This document shows positions 26,779-34,548 of a stretch of DNA of 34,548 bases, piece after piece. Positions within the stretch are counted from its first letter, which is position 1; every line of letters begins with the position of its first letter. Below the pieces are notes generated by a model. That model was not told the DNA's origin and did no database searches. It saw only the letters and a list, made by a program, of their open reading frames with translations. A program made the translations under genes and the position numbers. Source of the stretch: an uncultured Syntrophomonadaceae bacterium (GTDB lineage: Bacteria > Bacillota > Syntrophomonadia > Syntrophomonadales > Syntrophomonadaceae); the NCBI GenBank assembly GCA_964482585.1, contig CAYZYO010000002.1, forward strand, positions 1 through 34,548, given 5' to 3'.

Positions 26779-27873
26779 CTAATTTTGACAACAGCTATGA
26801 ATAAAATCTAACCGGCTGCTGCTTGCCTGTGGTAAAATACTATTGATCTTACTTACCCCCAGCCAATCTCTTTTAATACCGGTAGCTTTTTTTAGGTAAA
26901 TATTATTTAGATTAAATACATTTTTTAGATAGAGTATATTGGATCTTTTGCTGCCGATCATTTTTGAAATGTCTTTTTCGTGTACATATAGATTTACACT
27001 TTTTTGAGTTTTAACCGTATTAAAATAGTCTTGTATTAGTTTTTTAGCCTGCTGCTTAAAAATCTCCTGTTCTACTAGTTCTCCAAAACTGGGATGGTAT
27101 GGTCCAGCAATTACGGTCCCAGCTTGCTGTAAATCTTCGCTTGGCTGCAGGCCCATGCGTATTACATTAATCTCTTCCTTTTGAAACATTAAAAACAGGT
27201 CTTTAGCAAGAGTTATTGCCTCCTGCAGAGTCAAAGGCTTATATTGTCCCCGGTGAAACATTTTTTCTAGAACGGTACCGGTTATTACCAGGGTTGGATA
27301 AATCCTTACCATATCCGGTTTTAAAGAAATCACCGTATTCGTCGTTTCTTTAGCCAGGGAATAATCGTCACCTGGCAGCCCTATCATTAATTGAATCCCC
27401 AGTCTAAACCCCTGCTTTTTTATCAGATGACAAGCTTTAAAAACATCTTCAGCCCGGTAGCCACGTTTTGAGGTTTTTAAAACTTCATCATTAAGTGACT
27501 GTACTCCTAATTCTATAGTCTTTACTCCCCGTTTTTCTAGAAATGTCAGTATGTTTAAGTCAATAAAATCCGGTCGGGTAGATATTCTAATACTATCTAT
27601 ACGACCCTTTTCTATATAAGGATTTACTGCTGAAAGATATTCTTCCTGTAGTTTTCTTTCAATAGCAGTGAAATTCCCTCCAAAAAAAGCTAATTCCACT
27701 TCTCCGGCATTTACCGGTATAGTAGATAGATGCTTTTCAATAATTTTTACCACATCGTCAATATCTGGTATCTTTTCCTGGGAAGCAATTTTTTGTTGAT
27801 TGCAAAAAATACATTTAAAAGGGCACCCCAGATGAGGTATAAAAACTGGAATATTATAATGCTTCATTGTCAC
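26779..27873 (-). CDS. ELP3-like radical SAM protein conserved downstream of rnc in Clostridia
   Basis: It has IPHLGCPFKCIFCNQ (CX3CX2C) near the N-terminus. Its position after plsX-acpP-rnc matches the clostridial arrangement. ATG at 27867 has the better SD spacing. Confidence 0.8.
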   Translation of the reverse strand: MTMKHYNIPVFIPHLGCPFKCIFCNQQKIASQEKIPDIDDVVKIIEKHLSTIPVNAGEVELAFFGGNFTAIERKLQEEYLSAVNPYIEKGRIDSIRISTRPDFIDLNILTFLEKRGVKTIELGVQSLNDEVLKTSKRGYRAEDVFKACHLIKKQGFRLGIQLMIGLPGDDYSLAKETTNTVISLKPDMVRIYPTLVITGTVLEKMFHRGQYKPLTLQEAITLAKDLFLMFQKEEINVIRMGLQPSEDLQQAGTVIAGPYHPSFGELVEQEIFKQQAKKLIQDYFNTVKTQKSVNLYVHEKDISKMIGSKRSNILYLKNVFNLNNIYLKKATGIKRDWLGVSKINSILPQASSSRLDFIHSCCQN

Positions 27874-27882
27874 AGCTTCCCT

Positions 27883-28590
27883 TCAAAAATCATCCTTGTC
27901 CGACAAAAGACTATTCTTTATTACCTCTTCCGCAGCGTTTTGTTCTGCCTCCTTTTTGCTTTTCCCTTTACCGGTAGCTAATAATCGTTCTCGGTAAAAA
28001 ACTCCGGCAATAAATGTCTTGGAATGGGCAGGTCCACTTTCATTGACAATGGTATAGGTTACATTTTCTTTGCTCTTAGCCTGTACAATTTCCTGAAGTT
28101 TAGATTTATAGTCATAGTAATCTCCACTGGCAGTCTCTTTAATAAACTCCTCCAGATGCTCCAATATAAAATGCTTAGCTGAGTCATAGCCTTGATCAAG
28201 ATATATTGCTCCAATAACAGCTTCTACTGTATCAGCAAGAATTGACTTCCTTTTTCTTCCCCCGGACATTTCTTCGCCTTTTCCTAGCAGTAGATAATCT
28301 CCCATATTTATTCTTCTGGCAACATTTACCAGGGCTTTTTCACATACAACTCTGGCCCTGATTTTGGTTAATTCCCCTTCAGCCTTCTGACAATAATTAT
28401 TGTACAGGTATTCAGCAACTACAAAGTTTAGTACTGCATCACCTAGAAATTCTAACCTCTGATTATTATTGGTGACGCTGTGTTCCTGGGCATACGATGG
28501 ATGAGTTAGGGCCATATTTATCAGTTCATCCTGTTTAAATGTTAACCGGTTATCTATTAGGAATTGTTTAGCGGTCTTTTGGTTATTCAT
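27883..28590 (-). CDS. rnc: Ribonuclease III
   Basis: It has the signature ERLEFLGDAVL, a second acidic motif (ADTVEAVIGAIYLD) and a C-terminal dsRBD (GPAHSKTF ... GKGKSKKEAEQNAA). Confidence 0.95.
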   Translation of the reverse strand: MNNQKTAKQFLIDNRLTFKQDELINMALTHPSYAQEHSVTNNNQRLEFLGDAVLNFVVAEYLYNNYCQKAEGELTKIRARVVCEKALVNVARRINMGDYLLLGKGEEMSGGRKRKSILADTVEAVIGAIYLDQGYDSAKHFILEHLEEFIKETASGDYYDYKSKLQEIVQAKSKENVTYTIVNESGPAHSKTFIAGVFYRERLLATGKGKSKKEAEQNAAEEVIKNSLLSDKDDF

Positions 28591-28831
28591 TTTTTACCTG
28601 CTTTAAGTATTTGTAAAGAGCACTGATGAGAGATCCTACTGTAGTATAATTTTCCATGTCCTCTTCGGGAAATTCAACATCATAATTATCTTCAAGAGCC
28701 ATTATCATTTCTACTAAGTCTATGGAATCAGCATCCAAATGTTCAAAAGTAGTCTCCATTGTTATATCTTCCGGCTCGATATCTAATTGTTTTGCCAGAA
28801 TACTAACAGCTAAATCAAAAATTTCTTCCAT
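28583..28831 (-). CDS. acpP: Acyl carrier protein
   Basis: 82 aa starting from ATG 28831 (GGAGGAATGTTT-ATG). It has the phosphopantetheine site LDADSIDLVE. The longer track ORF (to 28954) has no SD and a non-ACP-like extension. Confidence 0.9.
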   Translation of the reverse strand: MEEIFDLAVSILAKQLDIEPEDITMETTFEHLDADSIDLVEMIMALEDNYDVEFPEEDMENYTTVGSLISALYKYLKQVKNE

Positions 28832-28982
28832 AAACATTCCTCCACTAATTAGATTTAGATAATATAGTTGATAGAAAATAGCAAACTGTTTCTCATATTT
28901 TCTCATATAATTCTGTGCAGCCCAACTCATAATAATATTTTCAAAATAGGCCACAACCTATCTCATTATATGTTTTCCGGTT

Positions 28983-29939
28983 TTAAGTAGTTTTTGCTAA
29001 TTCTATCTCCTGCATCTGGACTATCTTATTTCTTACGCATTCTTCGGCTATACCAACACCATTAAAAACAGCTTCTCTCTTAGAGCTGCCGTGACATACT
29101 ATGCTTACCCCTTTCACTCCTAAAAGAGGAGCCCCACCGACACTTCTATAGTCCCAGGACTTAAAGGCGGCCGGGGTTTTTCCTAATTCCCTGGTAATAA
29201 CTGAGGCCATAAAAAGAGCCATACCTTCAATCGTTTTCAATAATACATTCCCGGTAAAACCATCACATACTATCACATCACTTATACCGGTGAATATATC
29301 TCGGCCTTCAATATTGCCGATAAAATTAAGGTTGTCTTGCTCCTGCAGCAGTTTGTAGGTCTCTATATTGAGGCTGTTTCCCTTTGTTTCTTCTTCCCCG
29401 TTATTTAATAATGCTATTTTGGGATTGTCTATTCCTAGAGAAATAGCAGCATATACTTTTCCTAAAACAGCAAACTGCAACAGCTGCCTGGCTTTACAAT
29501 CAACATTAGCTCCTACATCAATTAATAGCGAATGCTTTCCACCAGTATTAGGTATTGCAGCCACAATCGGTGGCCGCTCTACTCCTTCGACTCTTCCCAG
29601 AATAAAAATTGCTGCTGCCAATTGGGCTCCGGTACTTCCGCAGGAAACCAAAGCATCAGCTTGATTCTCTTTAACCAGTTTATTTGCTACCACTATTGAC
29701 GCATTTTTCTTCTTACGGATAGCTGTTGCCGGTGCTTCATCCATACCGATAACATCAGGTGCTTCAATAATCTGTATTTGGGAAGGCTTATAACTATACT
29801 GCTTAAGTTCCCTATGAATGAGCTCTGGATTACCTACCAGTAATATCTGGGATTCATTCTTTTCAGTCCACTGTAACGCACCAGCAATTATTTCTGAAGG
29901 TGCATAGTCACCTCCCATGACATCTACTGCTATTTTCAT
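28983..29939 (-). CDS. plsX: Phosphate acyltransferase PlsX
   Basis: It starts MKIAVDVMGGDYAP and shows PlsX colinearity throughout. SD is AAGGAGGAG 5 nt before ATG 29939. Confidence 0.95.
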   Translation of the reverse strand: MKIAVDVMGGDYAPSEIIAGALQWTEKNESQILLVGNPELIHRELKQYSYKPSQIQIIEAPDVIGMDEAPATAIRKKKNASIVVANKLVKENQADALVSCGSTGAQLAAAIFILGRVEGVERPPIVAAIPNTGGKHSLLIDVGANVDCKARQLLQFAVLGKVYAAISLGIDNPKIALLNNGEEETKGNSLNIETYKLLQEQDNLNFIGNIEGRDIFTGISDVIVCDGFTGNVLLKTIEGMALFMASVITRELGKTPAAFKSWDYRSVGGAPLLGVKGVSIVCHGSSKREAVFNGVGIAEECVRNKIVQMQEIELAKTT

Positions 29940-30008
29940 AAAACTCCTCCTTAGAATAGAGCTTAATCCACTAACCATAGAACCTCTTTACAATCTTAGG
30001 TTAATAAA

Positions 30009-30055
30009 CAAAAAGTAAGCTAACAGTCTCTAATGACCAAATACCTTACTTTTTG
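30009..30055 (-). terminator. Hairpin between rpmF and plsX (possible attenuator or partial terminator)
   Basis: It has an 11-bp stem CAAAAAGTAAG / CTTACTTTTTG with a 25-nt loop. On the minus strand it is followed by UUUAUUAAC. The loop is long, so function is uncertain. Confidence 0.4.
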
Positions 30056-30069
30056 ACCAACAGTCTTTA

Positions 30070-30243
30070 TTAAACAACAACATTTTTGCCTTTATAATAC
30101 CCACAATTTAAACATGCGCGATGTGGCATTTTTAACTCATGACATTGCGGACACTCAACAAGTCCTGGTTTGTCAATCTTCAGCCATTGGGAACGCCGCT
30201 TATTTTTGCGGGCATGTGATTGTCTTCTCTTGGGAACCCCCAT
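30070..30243 (-). CDS. rpmF: 50S ribosomal protein L32 (zinc-ribbon type)
   Basis: The sequence is MGVPKRRQSHARKNKRRSQW ... CPQCHELKMPHRACLNCGYY. SD is GAAGGAGG 9 nt before ATG 30243. Confidence 0.95.
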   Translation of the reverse strand: MGVPKRRQSHARKNKRRSQWLKIDKPGLVECPQCHELKMPHRACLNCGYYKGKNVVV

Positions 30244-30248
30244 GAATA

Positions 30249-30761
30249 TTACCTCCTTCCCTGATTGAAATCTTTTAGTTTTTCCCACCTGGGGTCAATA
30301 TTATCCTTTTTACAATGACATTGGCTTAAATTTTTGTTTGTTCCACATATAGGACAAAGCCCCTTGCAATTGTCGCTGCACAGTGGTACCAGAGGTATCT
30401 CCGAATAAATAACCCCATCAATATAAGGTAGAATATCAACCTCGTTTTCTTTTATAATAATAAAATCTCTATCCTTAAACTCATTTTCATAGCTGCTATC
30501 AATCATTGTAACATAAAAATCAGTATTAATAGGATAGGGTATTTCATCAATACACCTTGAACAGTATAATTGAAGAACCGTATTAATGCTGCCATTAATT
30601 TCAAATATCTTGCCCGTATTATGAACCACTAAATCAACCTTTATCAGTTCTAGAAACTTACCGCCAATTTCCCGTAAAAGTTCATCGTTACCTGGTTCTT
30701 CAAAATGAAATAATACTTCTTTCTTCAGATGAGTTTCTAAACTTTTCAGGTCTATTTTCAT
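30249..30761 (-). CDS. YceD/DUF177 family protein (23S rRNA accumulation protein-like)
   Basis: It sits in the conserved position upstream of rpmF. It has the C-terminal cysteine pattern CSDNCKGLCPICGTNKNLSQCHC. ATG 30761 follows GAGGTG. Confidence 0.85.
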   Translation of the reverse strand: MKIDLKSLETHLKKEVLFHFEEPGNDELLREIGGKFLELIKVDLVVHNTGKIFEINGSINTVLQLYCSRCIDEIPYPINTDFYVTMIDSSYENEFKDRDFIIIKENEVDILPYIDGVIYSEIPLVPLCSDNCKGLCPICGTNKNLSQCHCKKDNIDPRWEKLKDFNQGRR

Positions 30762-30857
30762 TAAAAACACCTCATAAAAATACAAGATTAATTATATTAT
30801 TCAATTGTTATTATTGTCAACATATGTGCCTTTATACAAAGGGAAACCAATTCTTAT

Positions 30858-30962
30858 CCAATTGAGAATTTGCCTAATAGCAATTTCATATCATTAAAAC
30901 TCTTGCATGTGTAGAGGAGACTTTTGTGTGTCCGGCTTGAATCCTCTAGTTAAATTGACATG
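30858..30962. repeat. Paralog of the 21721-21866 repeat with a degenerate GTAG-hairpin module (30911-30935)
   Basis: See the by-eye alignment under feature 21721-21866. It is intergenic, between the ackA terminator and yceD. Confidence 0.6.
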
Positions 30963-30972
30963 GTGATTCAAT

Positions 30973-31003
30973 TAATAAGGCGGGGCTAAACCCCGCCTTA
31001 TTA
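30973..31003 (-). terminator. Terminator hairpin after ackA
   Basis: It has a 13-bp perfect stem TAATAAGGCGGGG / CCCCGCCTTATTA with a 5-nt loop. The U-rich 3' arm and tail are modest. Confidence 0.6.
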
Positions 31004-31014
31004 AAGCAGTATTC

Positions 31015-32208
31015 TTATTGTGCCAACCGGTAAGTATCTTTTGCAATAACTAGTTCCTCATTGGTTGGAATGACAAATATTCTTACCTTTGAATCTTCGG
31101 CTGCTACATCAACTTCTTTGCCTCTAACTTTATTCTTCTCGGCATTTATTTTAATTCCTAGATAATCCAGGCCGCTACAGATGTTCTCACGAATATCTAT
31201 AGCATTTTCACCAACACCTGCAGTAAATACTAAGCAATCACAACCATTTAATTGGGCAATGTAGTTGCCGATGTAACCCTTTACTCTATTATAATATACG
31301 TCAAGTGCTATCTGGGCTCTCTCATTTCCTGATGCAGCTGCTTCGAGAACATCTCTAAGATCATTGGATACTCCAGATAATCCTAACATGCCCGATTTCT
31401 TGTTAAAGTAATTATTGGCTTCAGTGCTGTTTAATCCAAGTTTTTCCATAAGGAAGAAAACTATCGCCGGGTCAATATCTCCTGACCTGGTACCCATTAC
31501 CAGACCTTCTAATGGTGTAAAGCCCATGGATGTATCTACTACTTTTCCATCCTTTATTGCGGTCATACTGGCACCATTACCCAGGTGTAGAGTAATTATC
31601 TTACAGTCTTCAAAAGGCTTGTCTAGCAGTTCCGATGCCCGGTGAGAAACATAGTAGTGGGAAGTCCCATGAAAACCATATCTCCTCACCCTGAAATTCT
31701 CATATACTTCATATGGAAGAGCATACATAAAATTAGCAGGTTCCATAGTTTGATGGAAAGCAGTATCAAAAACTGCTACATGCGGAACATTTGGCATAAG
31801 CTCCTGACAGGCATCAATCCCCATAAGGTTTGGTGGATTGTGTAAAGGAGCTATATCAAAACAATCTCTAATAACCTTCTTAACATTATCATTAATTACC
31901 ACTGATTCAGCAAAACTTTCTCCCCCATGAACAACCCGATGCCCTACGGCACCAATTTCGTCCATACTCTTTACAACACCATATTCTTCGTTTACCAAGA
32001 CATCTAATACTAATTTCATCCCTGCTGTATGATCCGGTAAATCCTTCTTAATTAATACCTCATCTTTACCCTTGGGTTCATGTTTAAGAGTAGTACCGGG
32101 AATACCTACCCTATCTAATAACCCTACCGCCAGAACTGACTCATCCTTCATATCTACTACTTGGTATTTAATGGATGAGCTCCCAGCATTCACTACCAGA
32201 ACAATCAT
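31015..32208 (-). CDS. ackA: Acetate kinase
   Basis: It has MIVLVVNAGSSSIKYQ, HRVVHGG, FDTAFHQTM and RRYGFHGTSH. ATG 32208 has GGAGG 10 nt upstream. Confidence 0.95.
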   Translation of the reverse strand: MIVLVVNAGSSSIKYQVVDMKDESVLAVGLLDRVGIPGTTLKHEPKGKDEVLIKKDLPDHTAGMKLVLDVLVNEEYGVVKSMDEIGAVGHRVVHGGESFAESVVINDNVKKVIRDCFDIAPLHNPPNLMGIDACQELMPNVPHVAVFDTAFHQTMEPANFMYALPYEVYENFRVRRYGFHGTSHYYVSHRASELLDKPFEDCKIITLHLGNGASMTAIKDGKVVDTSMGFTPLEGLVMGTRSGDIDPAIVFFLMEKLGLNSTEANNYFNKKSGMLGLSGVSNDLRDVLEAAASGNERAQIALDVYYNRVKGYIGNYIAQLNGCDCLVFTAGVGENAIDIRENICSGLDYLGIKINAEKNKVRGKEVDVAAEDSKVRIFVIPTNEELVIAKDTYRLAQ

Positions 32209-32271
32209 TACAAACATACCTCCTCAAATTTTTAATTCAGGCATAAGAGTTAATTCTTTTCCCTAACCTGC

Positions 32272-33264
32272 TTATGCTTTCACCGCTGTTAAAGCTACAA
32301 CATTAACTATGTCTTCTACGCTGCAGCCTCTTGATAGGTCATTAACCGGCTTAGCTATTCCCTGTAATACTGGTCCAATAGCCTCTGCCTTAGCAGTTCT
32401 CTGAACAATTTTGTATCCGATATTTCCAGACTGAATATCCGGGAATATCAGTACATTACAATCACCTGCTACCGGACTGCCAGGTGCTTTAGAGGAACCA
32501 ACCTTCGGTACAATAGCTGCATCTAACTGGAATTCCCCATCAACCTTAAGCTCTGGAAATCTTTCCTTAGCAATATTAGTAGCCTCTACAACTTTGTCCA
32601 CTAATTCATGATTAGCACTGCCTTTAGTGGAAAAAGAAAGCATACCCACTTTGGGATCACTCATTCCACATATGTCTACTGCAGTACCTACTGACGCTTT
32701 AGCAAATTCAGCCATTTCAGCTGCAGTAGGATTAATAGTTACTGCACAGTCAGCAAAAACAAAAAGACCATTATCCCCAAATTCACAGTTAGGAACAATC
32801 ATAATAAAGGCACCGGAAACAGCAGATATACCAGGGGCCGTCTTAATTATCTGCAATGCTGGTCTTAACACATTGCCTGTAGTATTTTCCGCACCTGCTA
32901 CTTCACCATCAGCCTTATCCATTTTCACCATCATGGAAGCAAAAAACAAGGGGTCTAACATGGTTGCTTTGGCTTTATCCAGATCAATCCCTTTTGCCTT
33001 ACGCATTTCATAAAAGGCCTGGACAAAGTCATCAAAATATGGGGCTTTAGCTGGATCTACGATTTCGGCTCCCGATATGTCAGCTCCTATCTTGGTTGCT
33101 AGTCCCTTGATTTCACTCTCGTTCCCAATTAGAATGGGATTAGCTATCTTATTATCAACAATTCCTTTGATAGCCTGGAGAGTCCTTTCCTCTGTCCCCT
33201 CAGGAAGAACTATTGAATTTCCTTTTTTGGCGGCTTTTTCTCGTATTTCTACTAATAAACTCAT
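32272..33264 (-). CDS. pta: Phosphate acetyltransferase
   Basis: 330 aa of the short Pta type. It has IVLPEG..ER at the N-terminus, SGAFIM, and the LSFSTKGSA and DLSRGCSVEDIVN motifs. It lies directly upstream of ackA. Confidence 0.95.
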   Translation of the reverse strand: MSLLVEIREKAAKKGNSIVLPEGTEERTLQAIKGIVDNKIANPILIGNESEIKGLATKIGADISGAEIVDPAKAPYFDDFVQAFYEMRKAKGIDLDKAKATMLDPLFFASMMVKMDKADGEVAGAENTTGNVLRPALQIIKTAPGISAVSGAFIMIVPNCEFGDNGLFVFADCAVTINPTAAEMAEFAKASVGTAVDICGMSDPKVGMLSFSTKGSANHELVDKVVEATNIAKERFPELKVDGEFQLDAAIVPKVGSSKAPGSPVAGDCNVLIFPDIQSGNIGYKIVQRTAKAEAIGPVLQGIAKPVNDLSRGCSVEDIVNVVALTAVKA

Positions 33265-33385
33265 CCGTTAACCAACCTCCCTAAGTAGTTTGAAAATAAA
33301 TTCCTTCGTTAATTCTAGCATAACTGAAGATAATAGTGGTAGAATTTATAGTATCATTAAATAAGCACATAAGGAGTCTTATTAT

Positions 33386-34548
33386 ATGCCTGTTCTCGGT
33401 ATAGTAGCTGAATATAATCCTTTTCACAATGGTCACCAATACCTTATTGAGGAGGCTCATAAAAATAATCACTTTTCAGCAACTGTATGTGTTATGAGCG
33501 GCAGTTTCCTCCAGCGGGGTGAACCTGCTTTCTGTAATAAATGGGCCCGGGCTGAAATGGCTCTAAACTGTGGCATAGACCTGGTTATAGAACTACCATT
33601 TTTTTTAGCCGCCAGAAGTGCATTTTATTTTGCCCGTGGGGCTCTGCAACTCCTGCATAGAACCGGTGTGGTAACCCATCTTGCCTTTGGCTGTGAAAGC
33701 AATAATATTCACATGTTAAACTCCATTGCAGACATAATTGCTCATGAACCCGAACCGTATAAATCGGACTTAAAAAAACATCTAAGCCGAGGATTAAGTT
33801 TTCCTCTTGCCCGTTCCAGGTCAATCCAGCAATTTATAAGTGATAATACAAAAGAATTAAGTGATACTCTCTTGGGTCCCAACAACATTTTGGCTATTGA
33901 ATATCTGCGAGTTATCGAGCAATACAACCTTCCATTAATTCCCATTGCTATTAAACGCCATGGTTCTTCCTATCATAGCCATGAACTTTCTGACTTTGCC
34001 AGTGCAACCGCTATTCGCAAGGCTATACTTAACGGTTCTGATACAGATGAACTCAAGAAATACATGCCAACCAGCACCATAGATATCCTCAAGAGAGAAG
34101 AGCATTCTGGCCGTTGTCCAGTTTTATACGATTCTCTTGAAAAAGCAATACTAATTAAGCTGCGAACTGCTTCCGCTTCTGCCCTTAGAGAAACATATGA
34201 AATCTCAGAAGGCCTGGAGCATCGTATTAAAGAAGCAGCGAATTCCTGTGGTACCCTTTCAGAACTGAGACAATTTATAAAGTCTAAACGCTATAGTCTA
34301 ACCCGCATTAACCGGATACTGTTATATATTCTTTTCAATCTTTCAAAAAACAGTGTATGCTTATTTGATGAGTACGGACCACTATACTTACATATATTAG
34401 GATTTTCGGCAAAAGGCCAAAAAATCCTTCAAGAAATAAAAAATAAATCACATATAGAAATATTTAATCGCGGTAGTAATATAAAAGAAATTTATGTTAA
34501 GGAAAAAGACAGTACCATAGGGCAAATGTTGAGCCTAGACATCCAAAC
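33386..34548 (+). CDS. tmcAL: tRNA(Met) cytidine acetate ligase TmcAL (YlbM/UPF0348 nucleotidyltransferase); the 3' end runs off the right window edge
   Basis: It is not in the track because it has no in-window stop. ATG 33386 follows AAGGAG by 9 nt. The translation (MPVLGIVAEYNPFHNGHQYLIEEA...VMSGSFLQRGEPAF.NKWARAEMAL..GIDLVIELP) matches the YlbM/TmcAL N-terminus with its HxGH-type motif. Confidence 0.85.
   Translation, partial: MPVLGIVAEYNPFHNGHQYLIEEAHKNNHFSATVCVMSGSFLQRGEPAFCNKWARAEMALNCGIDLVIELPFFLAARSAFYFARGALQLLHRTGVVTHLAFGCESNNIHMLNSIADIIAHEPEPYKSDLKKHLSRGLSFPLARSRSIQQFISDNTKELSDTLLGPNNILAIEYLRVIEQYNLPLIPIAIKRHGSSYHSHELSDFASATAIRKAILNGSDTDELKKYMPTSTIDILKREEHSGRCPVLYDSLEKAILIKLRTASASALRETYEISEGLEHRIKEAANSCGTLSELRQFIKSKRYSLTRINRILLYILFNLSKNSVCLFDEYGPLYLHILGFSAKGQKILQEIKNKSHIEIFNRGSNIKEIYVKEKDSTIGQMLSLDIQ

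Noticed and set aside
28832-28954. The 41-codon N-terminal extension of acpP in the track ORF (MAYFENIIMSWAAQNYMRK...)
   Set aside because: There is no SD at 28954 and the extension is unlike any ACP. A GGAGG sits 7 nt before the internal ATG at 28831, which yields a normal 82-aa ACP.

Overview
This is a low-GC chromosomal segment, about 38% GC outside the first 6 kb by hand-sampled lines. It looks like it comes from a spore-forming Firmicute of the Clostridia type. I count about 33 protein genes, and all but three are on the minus strand.

Gene content, left to right:
- An addB-addA-type helicase-nuclease operon.
- A decayed FAD-oxidoreductase/Rieske gene.
- TVP38/DedA, an alpha/beta hydrolase, a YlaI-like protein and a lipoprotein.
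- A LonB-like AAA protease, an MBL-fold hydrolase and a class A PBP.
- DUF47 plus a radical SAM gene, and an alpha/beta SASP.
- A KamA-family aminomutase behind a c-di-AMP (ydaO-type) riboswitch, then MgtC and guaB.
- A small HTH protein, YlmC/YmxH and dut.
- An M16 peptidase, a DD-carboxypeptidase and a sporulation-type polysaccharide deacetylase.
- The conserved block radical SAM-rnc-acpP-plsX-rpmF-yceD, then ackA-pta, and divergent tmcAL (ylbM).

I see no rRNA, tRNA, CRISPR array, transposase, integrase or recognisable defence or toxin gene cluster, so I cannot support a novel protein-coding system here.

The main structure not explained by genes is a family of intergenic repeats:
- GTAG-plus-hairpin modules arranged as inverted doublets (REP/REPIN-like).
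- These sit inside a roughly 300-bp composite element present three times. Two of the copies are inverted relative to each other around a 7-kb block.
- The composite also carries a helically phased CRCAGAT heptad array and a copy-number-variable 24-bp half-module.

Other notable points:
- The c-di-AMP riboswitch is paired with an aminomutase that carries the Lys/Asn signature of glutamate 2,3-aminomutase.
- Two genes have conserved N-termini that lack any ATG/GTG/TTG start.
- There is a GC step at the addAB operon.
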